64,000 bases of DNA, taken from positions 868,502 through 932,501 of the forward strand of contig NW_018408848.1 of the NCBI RefSeq assembly GCF_002113885.1, written 5' to 3'. This DNA comes from Mizuhopecten yessoensis. Lineage: Eukaryota. A program made the translations under genes and the position numbers. This document shows, piece by piece, positions 23,401-38,400 of the stretch; the stretch's first letter is position 1, and each line of letters starts with the position of its first letter. The notes under the pieces were generated by a model. That model did no database searches. It was not told where the DNA came from and saw only the letters and a list, made by a program, of their open reading frames with translations.

Positions 23401-26400
23401 AACACAGCGGATTTATCCTACACAACACATGTATACATGTATATATATTTGTAAACTGCATTACATTTACAATACATATAAAGTACTGAGAAGTGTATAA
23501 ACCTCTTTTTTCTATGTGGGTCACTTGTGTGAAAACCATGGTTACCACATCAAATATTACCAAACAATGCCAAAAATTGCTATTTTTGACCCAAAATTTG
23601 ACCCCCGCAACTAGTAATTTTTTTCCTAAGTTCTGTCTGAGATTAAAGATTACCTACCTGGTTGCAGAATTATCTGGCTCCCAGTAAAGTTGTAAAATTT
23701 GATTTTTAGCAATTTTGCGTCGTGTGCTGTTGTCAACATTTTACCTCCTGTAAGGCTAGCTTTTCATGTGTAGGCACCCTTTCGGATTATGGCCAAAATT
23801 TTATCCTCGAACCAAAAAAAACTTCTTTTTTTTACAAATGTGAAGCTCACATAGCCCACTTGATCATGCTTATACCAATTTTAGTACAGTTTTTTTTTTT
23901 TTTTTTTTTACATATCATTATACAGGGGTTAGCCATTTAACAAAAATATCCCCCATGGCCACAACCTTCTACTGTATACTGCTACCTATGTATAAACGGA
24001 AAAAATCATGTCGTCATATCCGTTATATAAAGTAATTAAGTATCTTAACCAGTCTTCGTCATTCTGAGTTCAAACAATTTCAATCTATTAATAAATGCTT
24101 AATTGGTTGCAGCTTGCACTGGTGTCAGTGATTTTTAGTGGATTTGTCGTAAATCGTATTTTTATTTCGAAGAGACCTGTTTTTTTTAAATATTTGCGTT
24201 TGTCTGAATGTCTCTGTCATGCCACATCAACGTCTTCCTGTATAACATGTATTTATAGTTATTTTATTGTTTCTATATTACCATACTAGATTTAGCAGTT
24301 ATACAAATTCCCTAATTACAAACCTGCCTGCTCCATGAGTTTCTCTAGGTACTTTTTATCGCTGTACATCTTCCCCAGCACCTCCTTTATCCGTTTCTCT
24401 GTTACATCCTGGTCATCCGTGACCTTGGGAGGTGTTGGCGAGGGTTGGTTTAAATGTTCGTTGGAGCCACGCCCCTGTTCCATGCGGACCAATGGGTTTT
24501 GTTGTCTCTGAGGGAAGGTGGGTGTTGGTGCATCTCTCTCAGATGAGTTAGCAATCGGGGAGAGCTTTGTTATGTTGTTCCGTCTTCTGATAGGATCCTT
24601 GCGGTTCTAAAATGCGAATTTAAATACCAAATGTCATTATATCTACATTGTAATCAATACGGGACAATAAACATATATAAAAATTAACCTTGAGGGAGTT
24701 TCTAGAGAAATATACCGACTATCGCTATAGAAATAGTCTTACCTTGGAGTTGTTCAGGAGCATAGACAAATCACCAGCTTGTGTTATATTCCTTCGTCGA
24801 CCTGTTTAATGTAAATAATGAATACAAAAATAAGTAAATATGACACTGCATATCACAACCACAACACGCCCTTTAAAGACCATTCCTTTTTACATTTCTA
24901 TAAATCCCCACCTTTTTTGAGGATACATGTTAAAATGAATGTTTTATTTAAACTCAATCGTCCAAAACAACAAGCCATTCAAGTACATTTCTTCGTTTTT
25001 ATTTAAAATTATTCTCAGTTTTCCCTCCAAATTGTCAATAGAGTACATTTCGATTTTCTGATATGAAAACATCGACCATTATATGTACCAATATATTGAT
25101 GACGTAAGTCTGACCACGATAATTACCTGATGTCGTCAGCCTTACTTACCTTCGACAGGTACTGAAAACATGGCTTCCCTGCGATTCATAAGTCATGATT
25201 ATAGATTGAATTTTTGTTCTTTCGAAAAAAATCAGTCGTAAGATAAGAAATACATTTATTTTATCTGAGAAATGTCTTCACGTTAAATAACTCTAGAGAT
25301 ACCCATTATATCAATATGCTATCAAAAGATGATACCAGACCATTGAAGCTACCCCAGTAACGTGACATCTAATCAAATTGAGTTTTAATATGAGAGTTTC
25401 ATTAGCTAGTATATAGCTACATACAGGTGAATAGTTGTCTCTACAGAATCAGTATCGATAGTTTAACTATCTTGCAAACAAACATGAATTAATGAGGATC
25501 ACACAAAATGTTTAAAATCTGACCGGAAGTACCGCTGTTAAGGGCTTCCGAGGATTTGTCGACTCCCTCCTGGAACTTGCGTAGGTCCGGTCTCTGTCTA
25601 TATCCTTTACCATAGTACACAAGCGCCGACTCATAGTTCCGTTCTGAGAATTGCAATTCCGCCTTTTGGTAAAGAGCCTGAAACAGTTAATCAGAAAATG
25701 GTGTGTTTGGTACAAAAATCTTCTTATTTTTCTCTTACACTTACTTTGTGACTGAATGGACACGTAAAATCTATATTTGGACGTGAAGATGTCTGCTGTA
25801 GTATACCACGTATCACATGTATACTTTTGTAAAGGATGACTAAACGTATATACCAGTTTTACACGTACATGTACACTATTGTAAGGTATTAGGACGTAAC
25901 GTTTGTAAAGTAAGGTCTTTTCTCGTATACCATCTTTACGCGTATGTATATAAGGACGTAATGGAAGGTCTGCTACAGTTACTCACCTGTACTCACCTGT
26001 AACGTAAGTAACTGTACCTATAGTTCTCTGGAATCAACGTTATCTGAACTAACGTTTAGAGATGATACACTGTAAGTTGGAATATTAGGGAGAAATGTAG
26101 TTGTTGGAGTAGATCTAGTCAATCAATAGTTTATTTACTCATCACTTTCTTAGTTAACTTACTGTTTTGTAATCAGTATAGACTAGTTATCTTCCTCTGA
26201 CGTCACTGTATCACTTACTGTCATCCACTTACATGCCATAGAGAGTTTGTTATATTGACCTGAGTATCGTTTGTTGCTAGATTTCTATTATCTGGACAAT
26301 CGCAGGCATAAGACTATCATCTTTAAACATCGGAACGTGTTATAGGAGAAGGTGTAGATAAACAGTATAACTTGGACCTAATCATAAGTTCATGTTTGGG

Positions 26401-29400
26401 CAATTTTGTTTAAACTCTCATGTATTAAAAACAATTCCACAATGATTTTGACAGATAGTTCATATGTATTTTACATGAATGAAAATAAGCTGTTTTCACA
26501 CGCCTATAGTATATACTATTAACACTGCCTCCTATACAGCTCAGGACAAGCAATACACCCATTTATACAGATATAGTCATGTTTAAATAAATTGTTTTCG
26601 ATTCATTGGTTAAAACAAACTCTTTTGTTTTCAATATCACGACATTTTTTATACTGTGAGATATCTGATCACGTGATTGTAGCATTTTATGACTTTAATG
26701 CATAACGTCAAAAAACCTAAATCACCGTGTAACAATGTACAAAACCCCTCTCAGTTGTTCAGAGACACGGCAATGTGTGATGGCCGCAATTTCATTTCAG
26801 GTCAGGATCAGGCGGTATTCCAAATGTCATTTTTCTAAAGTTGGCTCCACAAAACATTAATATAAATAAAAAAATCTTTGTCGTCAAAACACCAGGCTTA
26901 ATTCGATATGCGGTTTATTAGATATTTGGCGATTTTCCTGCGGCTCTATACATGCAAGTTAAAACTTAATCAGATTTTAGCAGGCATATACAATGTGTCC
27001 ATGTATTAATTCGTGTCAAATAAAATTTGAAAAGAAAATGAAACTTAATTAGATTAAAATTATTTGAACATGACATTTCCTTTTGGAGACAAGCCCATAT
27101 TTTGAGGTAACTATGTTTATTTGTTGCTTAAGGTCGTGGCGTGATCTAATGGAAAAAAAACCTACGCATTTCATTGTGGCCATAGAAATGAAAAAACAAA
27201 TGCATCAAATGATCAATTATCAGACACCTGAGTAGATTTAATTAACAAGAAATTTACATACACTGTATTTCAGTAGAATATGCCGAATACCAGGCATCTA
27301 TTGTTTCTCAGCCATACTATTTTGATGATGTAAAACATGTTAATATCAGTCAAACGATATGATTTGTTCCATTTAGATGATAAATCTAATTGAAATTTGC
27401 GAATTTCAGTTCATTAGGAAAGAAAAAAACATTATTTACAAAGCTGACGAATCTATCTAGCTTAAATTAATGACCATACTGTTAACAATTAAGAATGGCA
27501 TTATAATAGTTTGTAAGATAATTGGAGACGGGAATACTGATGTGTGAATAGGGCAATACTTACTATCATTATCAAAGAATTTGAAACATTATTTATGAAA
27601 CAATTCAGTTCGTGTATAACCTACATCGAACCTTCAGTCTTAGAATACAGTGACAACCGACAAAACATAGTATACAAGCCATTTTAGTAGATTTGGGTAT
27701 TGGTGTTGTTTGACAGCTTCGTACATGTATTTTAACCTGATTCTATCAGCAAATTTGATTGTCGGCGATATCCTTGGTATACACGTACCATAGTCTTTAC
27801 TCCTCCTAACTCGACCATTGACAGCAAACGCTCACGTGAGCACGAGCGCTTATCATGTTGACGATCTGGACAGTAAGAACAGGAGCCCCCTAGACGTCCA
27901 AGTACTCCGTGGTCGATACGTAATGTAATGTTTTATTTATTTATCAGCCTCATTTAGTTCAGAAGGTTTAACGATAACAGCTCTGACGACCAACGAACAA
28001 TGGACCCTTTCTTCCCTTTATTGTGGAAAACGCAACAAGACGTAAGGATAATACATAAATTTCATGCAAAAACAGATTTGCATAAAACGGATGATAAAAC
28101 GATAGAAATGTGGACATTTAACCTTTGTTATCAGCCCTTTGTTCAACAAACCGAGGTTTTTATCTAATTTAATTAAGCTATCTACCGTGTTTATTAACAG
28201 ATACACGGTACACAAATCTTTATTAAGAAACAATGTCAGGGTTGAAAATAATGTAAACTATAATTTGCATGCTTACAAGTTTTAGCTTCGAAATGACGAG
28301 TCAAAATATGTTTGGATTTGAAGATCATATATGTACATGTAGTTGAAAATATGTTAATCTTAGTTTATCTAACCACTACATTGCTAATTTCCTTTTACCT
28401 ATTAAGCAGCATACTAGTTTGGCTGTGTATTATACAGTAATAACATTTCGCCGAACGAAACACACAGCGTATGACATAACTATGTGCTGATATCGGGTAT
28501 TTTGGCAAAAGCCCACTTGGTAAGGTTGTACATTTTGAAAGCTCTCCCGTTTCAATACAGCACAATTGTCCTACAAGCATGCCTCGCGGCGATTACGTTA
28601 ATTACGGACGTATCTCCTTCCTACATAAATAACATATATCAGTACACTGTTTATTTTACTGCAGAGAACCAGTATATGGAAGGAGAAATACTGAATGTGC
28701 TTGGAATTGTATAAGACATTGCCAGATTGTTACAACATTTATTCATACTTTGTATTAATGTGATATAAAAATATAAATTTATTACCTCAAGACAGGTGGG
28801 ATCCAGAGCTAAAGCTGAGTCCACATCTAACATCGCCTTCCGGTTCCGGCCCAGCAGCTGATTGCAGCGTGACCTGGCGACGAAAGTCTCCGTGTTGTCC
28901 GGAACAAGTTTCAGCGCCTGTAAATATAATGAATAACAGGATATCTGTTACTGAAAGTACTTAAAACATCATAGGAGCTTCAAAAATCCATTATGGTTGT
29001 GATATCGAGTCTTCAGCTACCTCAACATCAGTATCATGCTTTATGATAAAATCTGCTTCGATTTATGAAAGCGGAAAGTAATAAAACAAACTATAGTTCC
29101 TTTCAAACTATTTAAAATAACAGAAGCATAGATGAAACCGTGTCCTTCCTGCCGGGTACCACCGTTTTAACGTTGATATGCATACCTTGCGTTTCGCCGC
29201 CCCGGTGGCAGGGAACCGGCCCTCCATGAATATTATTTTCATTTTGAATATCCAATGTGTCCTCTACATCTAAGCAATAAATACACTGACATCCCTTTCA
29301 AATGTTCAAAACGTGTACACATCTAGTGACGCATCACAAAGTGTACGCTGACTTCTCTCTGCGGTGAAATCTTAATGTATACATGACCCGGTGCTTAGTC

Positions 29401-32400
29401 ACTTACAGAAACAGTTCATGTTATGTTTCATAACTAAAGCGTCGTCCAATTCCGTATCGTTGAGATAAACAACGGGGATTTAGGTAAGATTTTGCATTAA
29501 GCCTTTCACCTGTATATGTATATGCGCTAATGCCGTGTAACGATATATTGTGTATAGTAAGTCCAAACTTAAAACCAGGTAATCCTTGGATTAGTTCAAA
29601 CATAAATGTTCTATAGAGGTAAACACACTGATTATTATATTTTGTAACACAAGCATGTTTAACATTATTAATTGGTTACCTTTCCGGACTATAACGAGCA
29701 TCACCACCGTCTAACTGTAACCCAACTTCAACATGCAATACTTTACAATGAAAAAATTGAGTCACTGATATTTTGAAGCTTTTAAGAAGACACATACTGT
29801 CCTGGGTTAAAACGGATAGTATTAGATAGGCAGTTTGTTATACTTTATTATAAAAAAATGTGAAAAGTATTAACTTCATATATGTACATTGGATGAAACT
29901 ATCATAAAGAATTTTATGATAAAAGTGCTAAATTTGAACTTTGAATTAATATATCATTACATGTATATTCGTTATTTTGCGTATTTTAACCTACAAACTT
30001 TTATTTAATCTATACCATCGTGTGACATAAATATAATTAATATCCTGGAACTATTTGTGTAAATTGTTTGTATTTAACTTGTGTCATTTTAGATAAGTTC
30101 TATTTATGAAGCTATTCCTTTCAAGTCGACATGCGTCATTGTTGTCATATTAACTCATGCATTTACTTTGTCCATCTTATACCATATATCTTTCAACTTA
30201 ATTATATTACGTAAGAGGATTAACTTGCATTCAGTCTCAGACAAAGGACAGCTAAATTGGCTTACCTGGTCAGGTACGGCCGAAGTCTGAAAGGCCGATT
30301 GCTATGAATGACAGATGTCACTCAAACTGATTACTTAATTGCTATATATTGTGTAAATGTACTTAGGACACGATTATGATTTGTAACTTCAGTTAGGAGC
30401 AAGGCATCGGACTGTACGGGTGTGTTTTTGGATACTCAGGAAATCACCCACCGACCTAGATAAAGTTATTCTAATAAATTTATATTTGGACCATACCACA
30501 TCTCCAGAAACTTTTACTTTTCAAATTGTATAACAATACCCCACAAAAGTGTTGTTATAAAACTATCGATTCTAGATCTGGAGGGAACAGACTATATAAT
30601 ATTAAGACGTTTCCTTGTTAATTTCTCTTCGAGTTGCTATCTTCAATGGTATCAATCATACGATAAGTTGTCACACGACTTTGTGTTTATATTATATATA
30701 CATATGCTTATAATTACAATAATAAATCATCTAAGTTATACAAAAAAGTTCAGTGACCTTTGGCGTCTGAAGTCCCCATAGCACTTGTAATATAATCTTA
30801 TTATCAGTGGCTAACGGCTCGTGTATATTTAGACCACTTATTCTGAAAAGCCCTGTCCTTATCGATGCGGCAGTGGTATCTGCATCAACGATTCTGTACA
30901 ACAACAAGAGTATAATACACAGAAAAAAACATGACCCCCGATTCGTGTCTAAACAGTGTCAGTACAACTTGAACAGCTTTTCCAGAGATCAAATCAGATA
31001 TCAATGGATGTAAGAATACGCTGTCAGATGAGTTTCCATATCTAATATGAACATTGTTCGGTTGGGTAATTATTCATCATATTTTGAATAAGTATTCAAA
31101 TAAATGGTCCTAGTGGGGGATTAGGTACGAGTTAAGTACGGTAAGTAAAAAATTATGAAACGCTGCTTACTTTTGGCGGTCAAACGTATTTCAATATTCT
31201 TCATGGTACCCTATCTAAGCTTGATTTATTTAGTTTTTTCTTTATTTTCTGTTTACAATTATAGTTATCTTTGGTCTATCCGGCATATACCTGTGACGTA
31301 TTGTTATCTATGTCTTAGTTTGGGGTCTGAATTTGACGAGAGACACGACTAACGCCAGGTAGAGCGCCTGGTTGATGATGTCTCTGCTTCAGGTGTTTAT
31401 ACTGGTTAGACTTGTTCATTATTTCGACAACGGTAGTCACAGCATGTTACAGGAAAAACCGAATATGTTTTAATGTTTGAACCGTTCGTTACTGATGCGT
31501 GGAAGATACGGATTACGCTTCAATAGTTTTTGTCTTTTGAATTCGTTGGCGACGAATATCAGAAGAGAAACAATAGGACGGAAAGCTATAGAAAAAAAGT
31601 AAAGGATAAATATATAAGTATTGTAACGATGGCTGCAACGTATTGTTTTTGTATCTGTCCTATCCAAATATTGTCATGGTGAGTGTAACTCATTGTTAAT
31701 GGTGTGTCTGATCACGAATATCATTATGGTAATATGGCGTTGTTCTTCTGTATGTTGTTGGAGTTTCCGATATGCCCTCAACAGAGAACAAAGATTGCAG
31801 CTCTGGTAATGTATGGAGAAAAAAACATATCGGTGTGTCAGTTTTTGTAACTTAGGTAGAATAGACAATAATGCCATTATTGTACTGCTTGTGTTCTACG
31901 TAAACCTTCATGCTGTTTTTAGAAATATAATCACAACATCATATAAATAACTGGAAAGACATAACCGTATCTTGCGTCGCATCTTTAAAGGTGTGTTTTT
32001 TCGTAGGCATGGGTGTTTAAAATATTTGCAAATTATTGCAATGCACCATTCGGAAGCATTAACAAAACCGCGTTAAATGAACTCCGGTATAAAAAATGCA
32101 AAAAAGCCGCATTTTTGTAGATAGTTGGTGTAGTCATGACAACCAACAATCTCCCCACACGGAATGCTAGCGGTTATATTGATATCATAGTGAACATTTA
32201 AATGACACCGTCTAGAGGCGACACACTGGTGAATTGTTTGTAGTAGCCACAATATGGGCGGTAAATGGCATGCGTTTTATATCAATCCAATTTATCAGAT
32301 CCGATATTAATGACAGGTCAAACAGGGGTCAAACCGATATCATGTCATGACGTAACTTCCGTTACGGAGTATCATGTAACCGTATATCAGTTAATGTATA

Positions 32401-35400
32401 CCCCCTGTAAATCATTAGGAAGACCCGAATGTTAAAGCCTGATTAGCTTCACATCAAATTAACACGAGCCAAAATATTTCTAACGGGTACATTTTTAAGA
32501 TCATGAACACATACCAATATTTTTGAATAAATAAAAATTGAATATTAATATCTGAAATCGAAATAATAATAATAAATACTGTTTGTGATGAGCTGTAATG
32601 AGAGTCTACCAATTGACACCTTCCCCGTTTGATAAAGTAAAAATCAACAGAAATTGACATACAATTCTCCTCGTGTTACGTTTTGATAAGGTCGGATATA
32701 TTCTATACATATAATTATATATGCTTATTGTTTTAAATACATAATGTATTTCTTCCTTGCATTTTACTTGCTAGAGGCGATCTAGATACAGTCATTCTTA
32801 TATACGTACTATTGAAAAATGATCACATTTTTATGGGATTTATTGGGATATATATTAATTTGAATATGTCAGCGATGTGGGCCTCGACAATTACAGGTCA
32901 TAGGCATTATGGTGATAAAACAATGTTGTGTACCCGAGTAACGTTCCCTTTGTTTGTTTGTACCCGATGTTTTGATTTATCATTGGATAGAATGCTGTCG
33001 TCTTATTCTTAATGTTTTAGAAATGGTGCAGACCACCCGAACAGATGACAGATAAAGAGGTTGCATCGTTACTTTCACAGGAGAGTCTAACACCGTCTAT
33101 GTTTATATTTAATTATGTGACTTTACTTGTGTTTGTTATTTGTAGTTGACGAATTAAAAACCTTGCAATTAAGTATCATGAGTACACTTTCGTAAAACTA
33201 AAATGGAAATAATAACTTGTACTGCTGGTGACATTATTTAGGATATGACATAAAGTCGTAACGGTATATTCGTTATATACGTTATATTTGGAGCCACAAA
33301 GTACCGAACTATAGACAGATGTATTGTCAACATGTTTTACAGTTATTAGACATGGGTAGTCGGTGAAATCCTCTTGATTTATAGTATAAAGTGCGATTAA
33401 CTTAACGACTTATTTGGCAATTCCAGTCTTGATCCAGTTTCTATGTCATCGGCAAAGCAGAGGACGCTTACCCTTCCGTAACATTTAGTGTAATTATCCT
33501 TGTAATTTTTAAAGGGTATTCGTGTTAATGGTTCGAGTTAGAATTACGGGTTTGCTGAAAATCCGGGTTTTTTTTTTATTCAATAGTGATCAGCATGGGG
33601 TGTTAATTTATATTTAATTTAATTGAACACAAGATATACGAAATTTAGCGACCACAATTATGCATATTTAGGCATTTCCCTTCAGGATGTCGGAGTTCAA
33701 AATCGTAAAGAGTTTTAAAAGTGTAAGATTATAGCAAGATACATATCCAAACAACTGGAAGTATAAATCAGAGATCTATGTGCTGAAGCCGCCTAGATAG
33801 TATAATTTTAAAATTCAGACATTGCATCAAAGGTAAAATAGGATTTCCACATAAGTCGTTATTTATGTTCATCACACTTGATACAATATAACCAAGAGGA
33901 TTTGTTCGACTACCAACTTAGCAACCTTAAAGCCTTTAATTATACCTCGTTCGAAGATATTGGGCTTACAAACGTACCATAAGCGTATGTGTGGAACCTT
34001 GATATCCCTATCTAGACCAAACTAACCACTAGTGTTATCTGTGTAATTCGGCCCGGTCATCAATATGTATCGATCTCAGCTCTGAATACAATACAGAAAA
34101 GAGCCGGTCTATCCTGTTTATTAATTTCAATGTTTACCAATGTGGTATTGTAAATATTCCATACATAATAGTAACTACTTTAAGCTTTTGTTCCAAGTAC
34201 TGGGAATCCATAACGATTGTGAACTTCAATTAGTGTGTAGAGTGAAAACGATGAGTTAAGCGAGGTGTACACAATATTGATTCTTCATGCCATAACTTGT
34301 CAAACAATACGTTTAATAATGAATATGAATTCATTATCAATTAGGAATAGAGCAAACGTGGATGAAAAAAACACCAAAAAATGTCTTAAAATAATAATAA
34401 ATGTAAAAAGTGAAATTATATTACAAGTTTCAACAAACGCATTAATAAGTTGATAGAGGAGACATGCCTCTTGTTTCTGATATTCATGAGTCATACCTTT
34501 TTTTCTTTCGATGTCTATGTATTTCTCGATATTGCCTTTTCCTTTCAACCTTAATCTCAAAGTTTTCTTGAGTGGTAACCCTAATTTTTGTCTAATAGAC
34601 CTTTTCCAAACCCTAAACGTCATATTCTTGACATATATGTATTCCATTTGCTTAAGGAAAATTGAAGATGACCTAAACAGAATAGTAGCTACACAGTATA
34701 GCGGTTATATTAAACTGTAGGAAATTGAAGTCATATGTTAAAGAATTAAGAGAGTAAGCTGGAAAAGAATCTTAAACCACTTCAATACACAATTACAAAA
34801 GCAGAACTCGTTTGCGATAAACAAAATGCAAGAGCTGTTATTTGCTTACGCCTATTGTGGTTGGTTGACAATGGTGTCCCCACATGAAGGAGTAAGTCCA
34901 GGGTCGTATGAGAGTGTTGTGTCACAAAAAAATGTCATAACCTGGATACGGTGTTGTGATACCAATCATCTTTCATATTTTTAAAGTTAGAGGTAAATAG
35001 TTGTTAATGAAGTGTTAAAAGAGGTGCAGTAAATTAACGTATATATATCAGTACATATTTATGTCAGAAAATTGCTACTTTTTTTTTTAAATTATGAGAG
35101 GTTGAATTGGAATACATTCCCGTTATGGGTCAATACTGTTGATTAAACAGTATTTTCATGAGTTAGGTCCACTCAGTTTTAATCAACATTAAATTCTAAT
35201 AGATGGTAAACGTTCTTAGAGCCTATTTTAAACTTGCATTTTGTATAGCTTAAGGATGTACTCTTCTGAGGTTTCAGTCACGTTCAAGTCTCGTTTTGAT
35301 CTGGTGTAACGGGTTTGTAATATTTAATAAATTATGATAGGTTTAATAGCAAACACACATCTGAAAAACGTGTCAAAAAACTGGATGTCTGTTGTGTGTA

Positions 35401-38400
35401 GATTTTTTTTACAAGAACTTGAAAAATATTACCAATTTTGAAAAAGTGTATTTATGTGAATTTCTTGCGCTTCACAAAGGGCAAAATTTCACCTTTTTGA
35501 CACTAGATTAATCACTTAAATTGTCATTGTGTCACCATATTTAAATGCAGCAGGTTCAATTTTGCTGTTCAACTTTATAATGTTCAATATGATTAAAATA
35601 ATATGCAAAAAAGTGGAAAGTTATATATTATTGGTGGTTTTTTTTTACATGTTAGGGTAACTGAAGCACTTTTGATTTTTGACCCCGAAAAAGGTGAAAA
35701 ATAACACAAATAATAATGGGACTAAAAAAGAAGCACACCGACCCCCCCATTTTTGTGGCTGTTTTAGAAAGAGAAACACAGTTTCTTTTGATTCATTGAA
35801 TACCAAAATAAGTTTAATACAGGATTTTTTTTTATATCAAGCGTTTAATCTGGAAAAAATGGTGAAAAAATGTGCATTTTTCATTGAAAAATAAGGGGTA
35901 GGGGTAACTAAAATCGTATTTCTGAGTAAAATGAATAAGATTAAGAAATTTTACTTCTATAATTTAAAAGAAAATAATATTTTTATCAATTCTATAAACA
36001 TTCATACAAAACCCGAAAATTCACCTAAAATCACCTATTGTGTTAAATTGGTATCTTTGACCGATCATAGCACAAAAACGAACACACGGACATGTACATT
36101 TTTTTGGCATTTTCTACTATGCCGTTATCACCTTTTTACAAAAATCAATATAAGAAAAAAATTAATACAAGAATTTTTTGACTTCTCAGAGGTGTACATC
36201 CGTAACGTAATGTTTGTTGATAGTTTCAATATGTGTAAGGCAATAGACATCGCAAGTGTTACGTTAATATTATTGACTCTAAGGGGAATTAATAAACAAG
36301 TCAAGTTGAAATAATTTTAAGAAGTCGGCAAGTTAGAAATTGTCAGTGTAAAGTAGAATGATATAATAAACATGTGATTTATAAGGCATTTCTCGGTTGA
36401 TTATACACCAAAGGAATCGTGTAGATATAGTACATTTACAGGTTTGCAATGTAGTAAACCATTGCAGGTTCCTGTCCATATTCAAAACTTTTGACAAGGC
36501 CAAGGTGACCTTAGGTCACAAACATTATTTGTTATTCGTGACTTTTAACGTTTGGAAGTTAAACACTTAGAAAAATTACCCTATGACCTAATGACCCTTC
36601 CACTCATGATGAAACTTTCAAACTGTTACTATACAAATGCTTTAAACCCCTTTAAAACCTGATTTAACGATGTTTACGTGGGGAGTAGCGACAAACCTAG
36701 CCGCACTTCTGATAGGTAAGGCGACAATGTATCAAGTGGACAGCAAATATCTAAACGTGTTGACATTTCAAGCCTTTTCTAGTAGTGTCATGATAAACCC
36801 GTGTATTCTAACCATCTTGAAGTACTCGGCAACGACTCGAAGTCAAATAGTTAAATGCGACACTTCAATGGAACCTTAAGAAACGGACCAACCTAAATCC
36901 CTCCCGTAAATTAGTAGATACCATACAAGTCAATTGGTACTTGTGATATGTTGTACTCTTCGCCCAAATGTACATAATAGAATCACCCAAATGTACATAA
37001 TAGAATCGCCTTTCTTTTGATCTCGATTATTCCGATTGGTGTAAGGGAATGTCCAAGGTATAATTAAGATAGTGCTTGTCGCTAACACACACGTCTATGT
37101 ATTGGTGTACATAGAGGTGTGTCGTAGCGACCATATCTCATCATTTAGACGGATGTTTTACGTTTTCATTTAAGTGTTTTGACACTAGTTTACATTTATG
37201 ACTTTGGTTAGAGTAAAGCTGTTTTATAGATGATTTATTTCTACAAATAACTTTTCACTGTTTTTCCTGCTTAAATAAAAAAAAAAAAACGAAACATATC
37301 AAAAACTCGCACACATTAGCCTTGATAGTTTTTTTTTGAAATATAACAAATGGTCAATTTGGTCAAAACATTATTTCTTCATTGCAGCGATGATTGACAA
37401 AATATCACAGGTATAATCTTCACATATAATGATATGTCTCACTCGCATTTATAATGACTAATTTATACCGTTTTGTTCTGCAATTTATACTGCTTTTCCT
37501 TTCCTTATGCTTTTTAATGCCACTAAAAAGGAAACGATCCGTACGCTAGAAACTAGGTTTCTCAAAATATAACAAACAGATTAGTCAATGATTTATAATT
37601 GATGCCAATTATATTTCACTCATGTGAAAGATTATCACTGTAGCCTCAATATATCCTGTTATTAGCATTCATATTACCAAATATAGAAAAGAGACTCAAA
37701 ACTAAACAGAAATACATATCAATATTTTTTTTATTTTTTAAAATGTAGTCAACTAGCCCATCTTACGGTATCAAGTATAAATATAAGGAATACAGTAAAT
37801 GAAAACAGCAGTGTCAGTTTTATGCCTTGATTTTAAATCTCTGCTAAGATTTAATTTAATTTCTGCTGAAATATACCCATCTCGAATCGATTCAAGTTCC
37901 TGATACAATATTCCATACGGGTTTCACACTTTAATTTCCAACATGTGCCTTCATTTCAGATCCCAATTACAAGCGCATAAAGTCAGGAAAAGTGTTCCCA
38001 TTAACGTTTATAAAATAGCAATAAAAGGAGACATAATTTATATATGGCATTTAGAGAACAATGCTTAATAGTTCCTAAATGACTTCCGATGTTTTATAAT
38101 CTACTTGTTTCCTAAAGAGACACGTTATGATTATGTTTGTGTTGTTAGAATCAGGAGAGTAAGTGGACAGGATTTCCTTTCTGTATCTTAGTTCTTAGTG
38201 AACTCAACACACAGTCCTACTGTGGAACTGTGTTCTCGAAAGATATTAATAATCTACTCCTGTGATTATATACATCTAGTCAACAAAACGTTCAAGGCGA
38301 GGAACTATAGTGATTTAGTATCTTTCCGTCCGCTCAATTTAAAGAAAGAGATCAGACATTGGAGAAATGTATAAGCATACTAACTAACTTAGATACATCC

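Noticed and set aside
31470-31920. Penelope-like RT remnant
   Set aside because: Only a vague K.TD motif; too degraded to support
37063-37767. Second Kolobok-like element
   Set aside because: TIR match is too weak to call by eye
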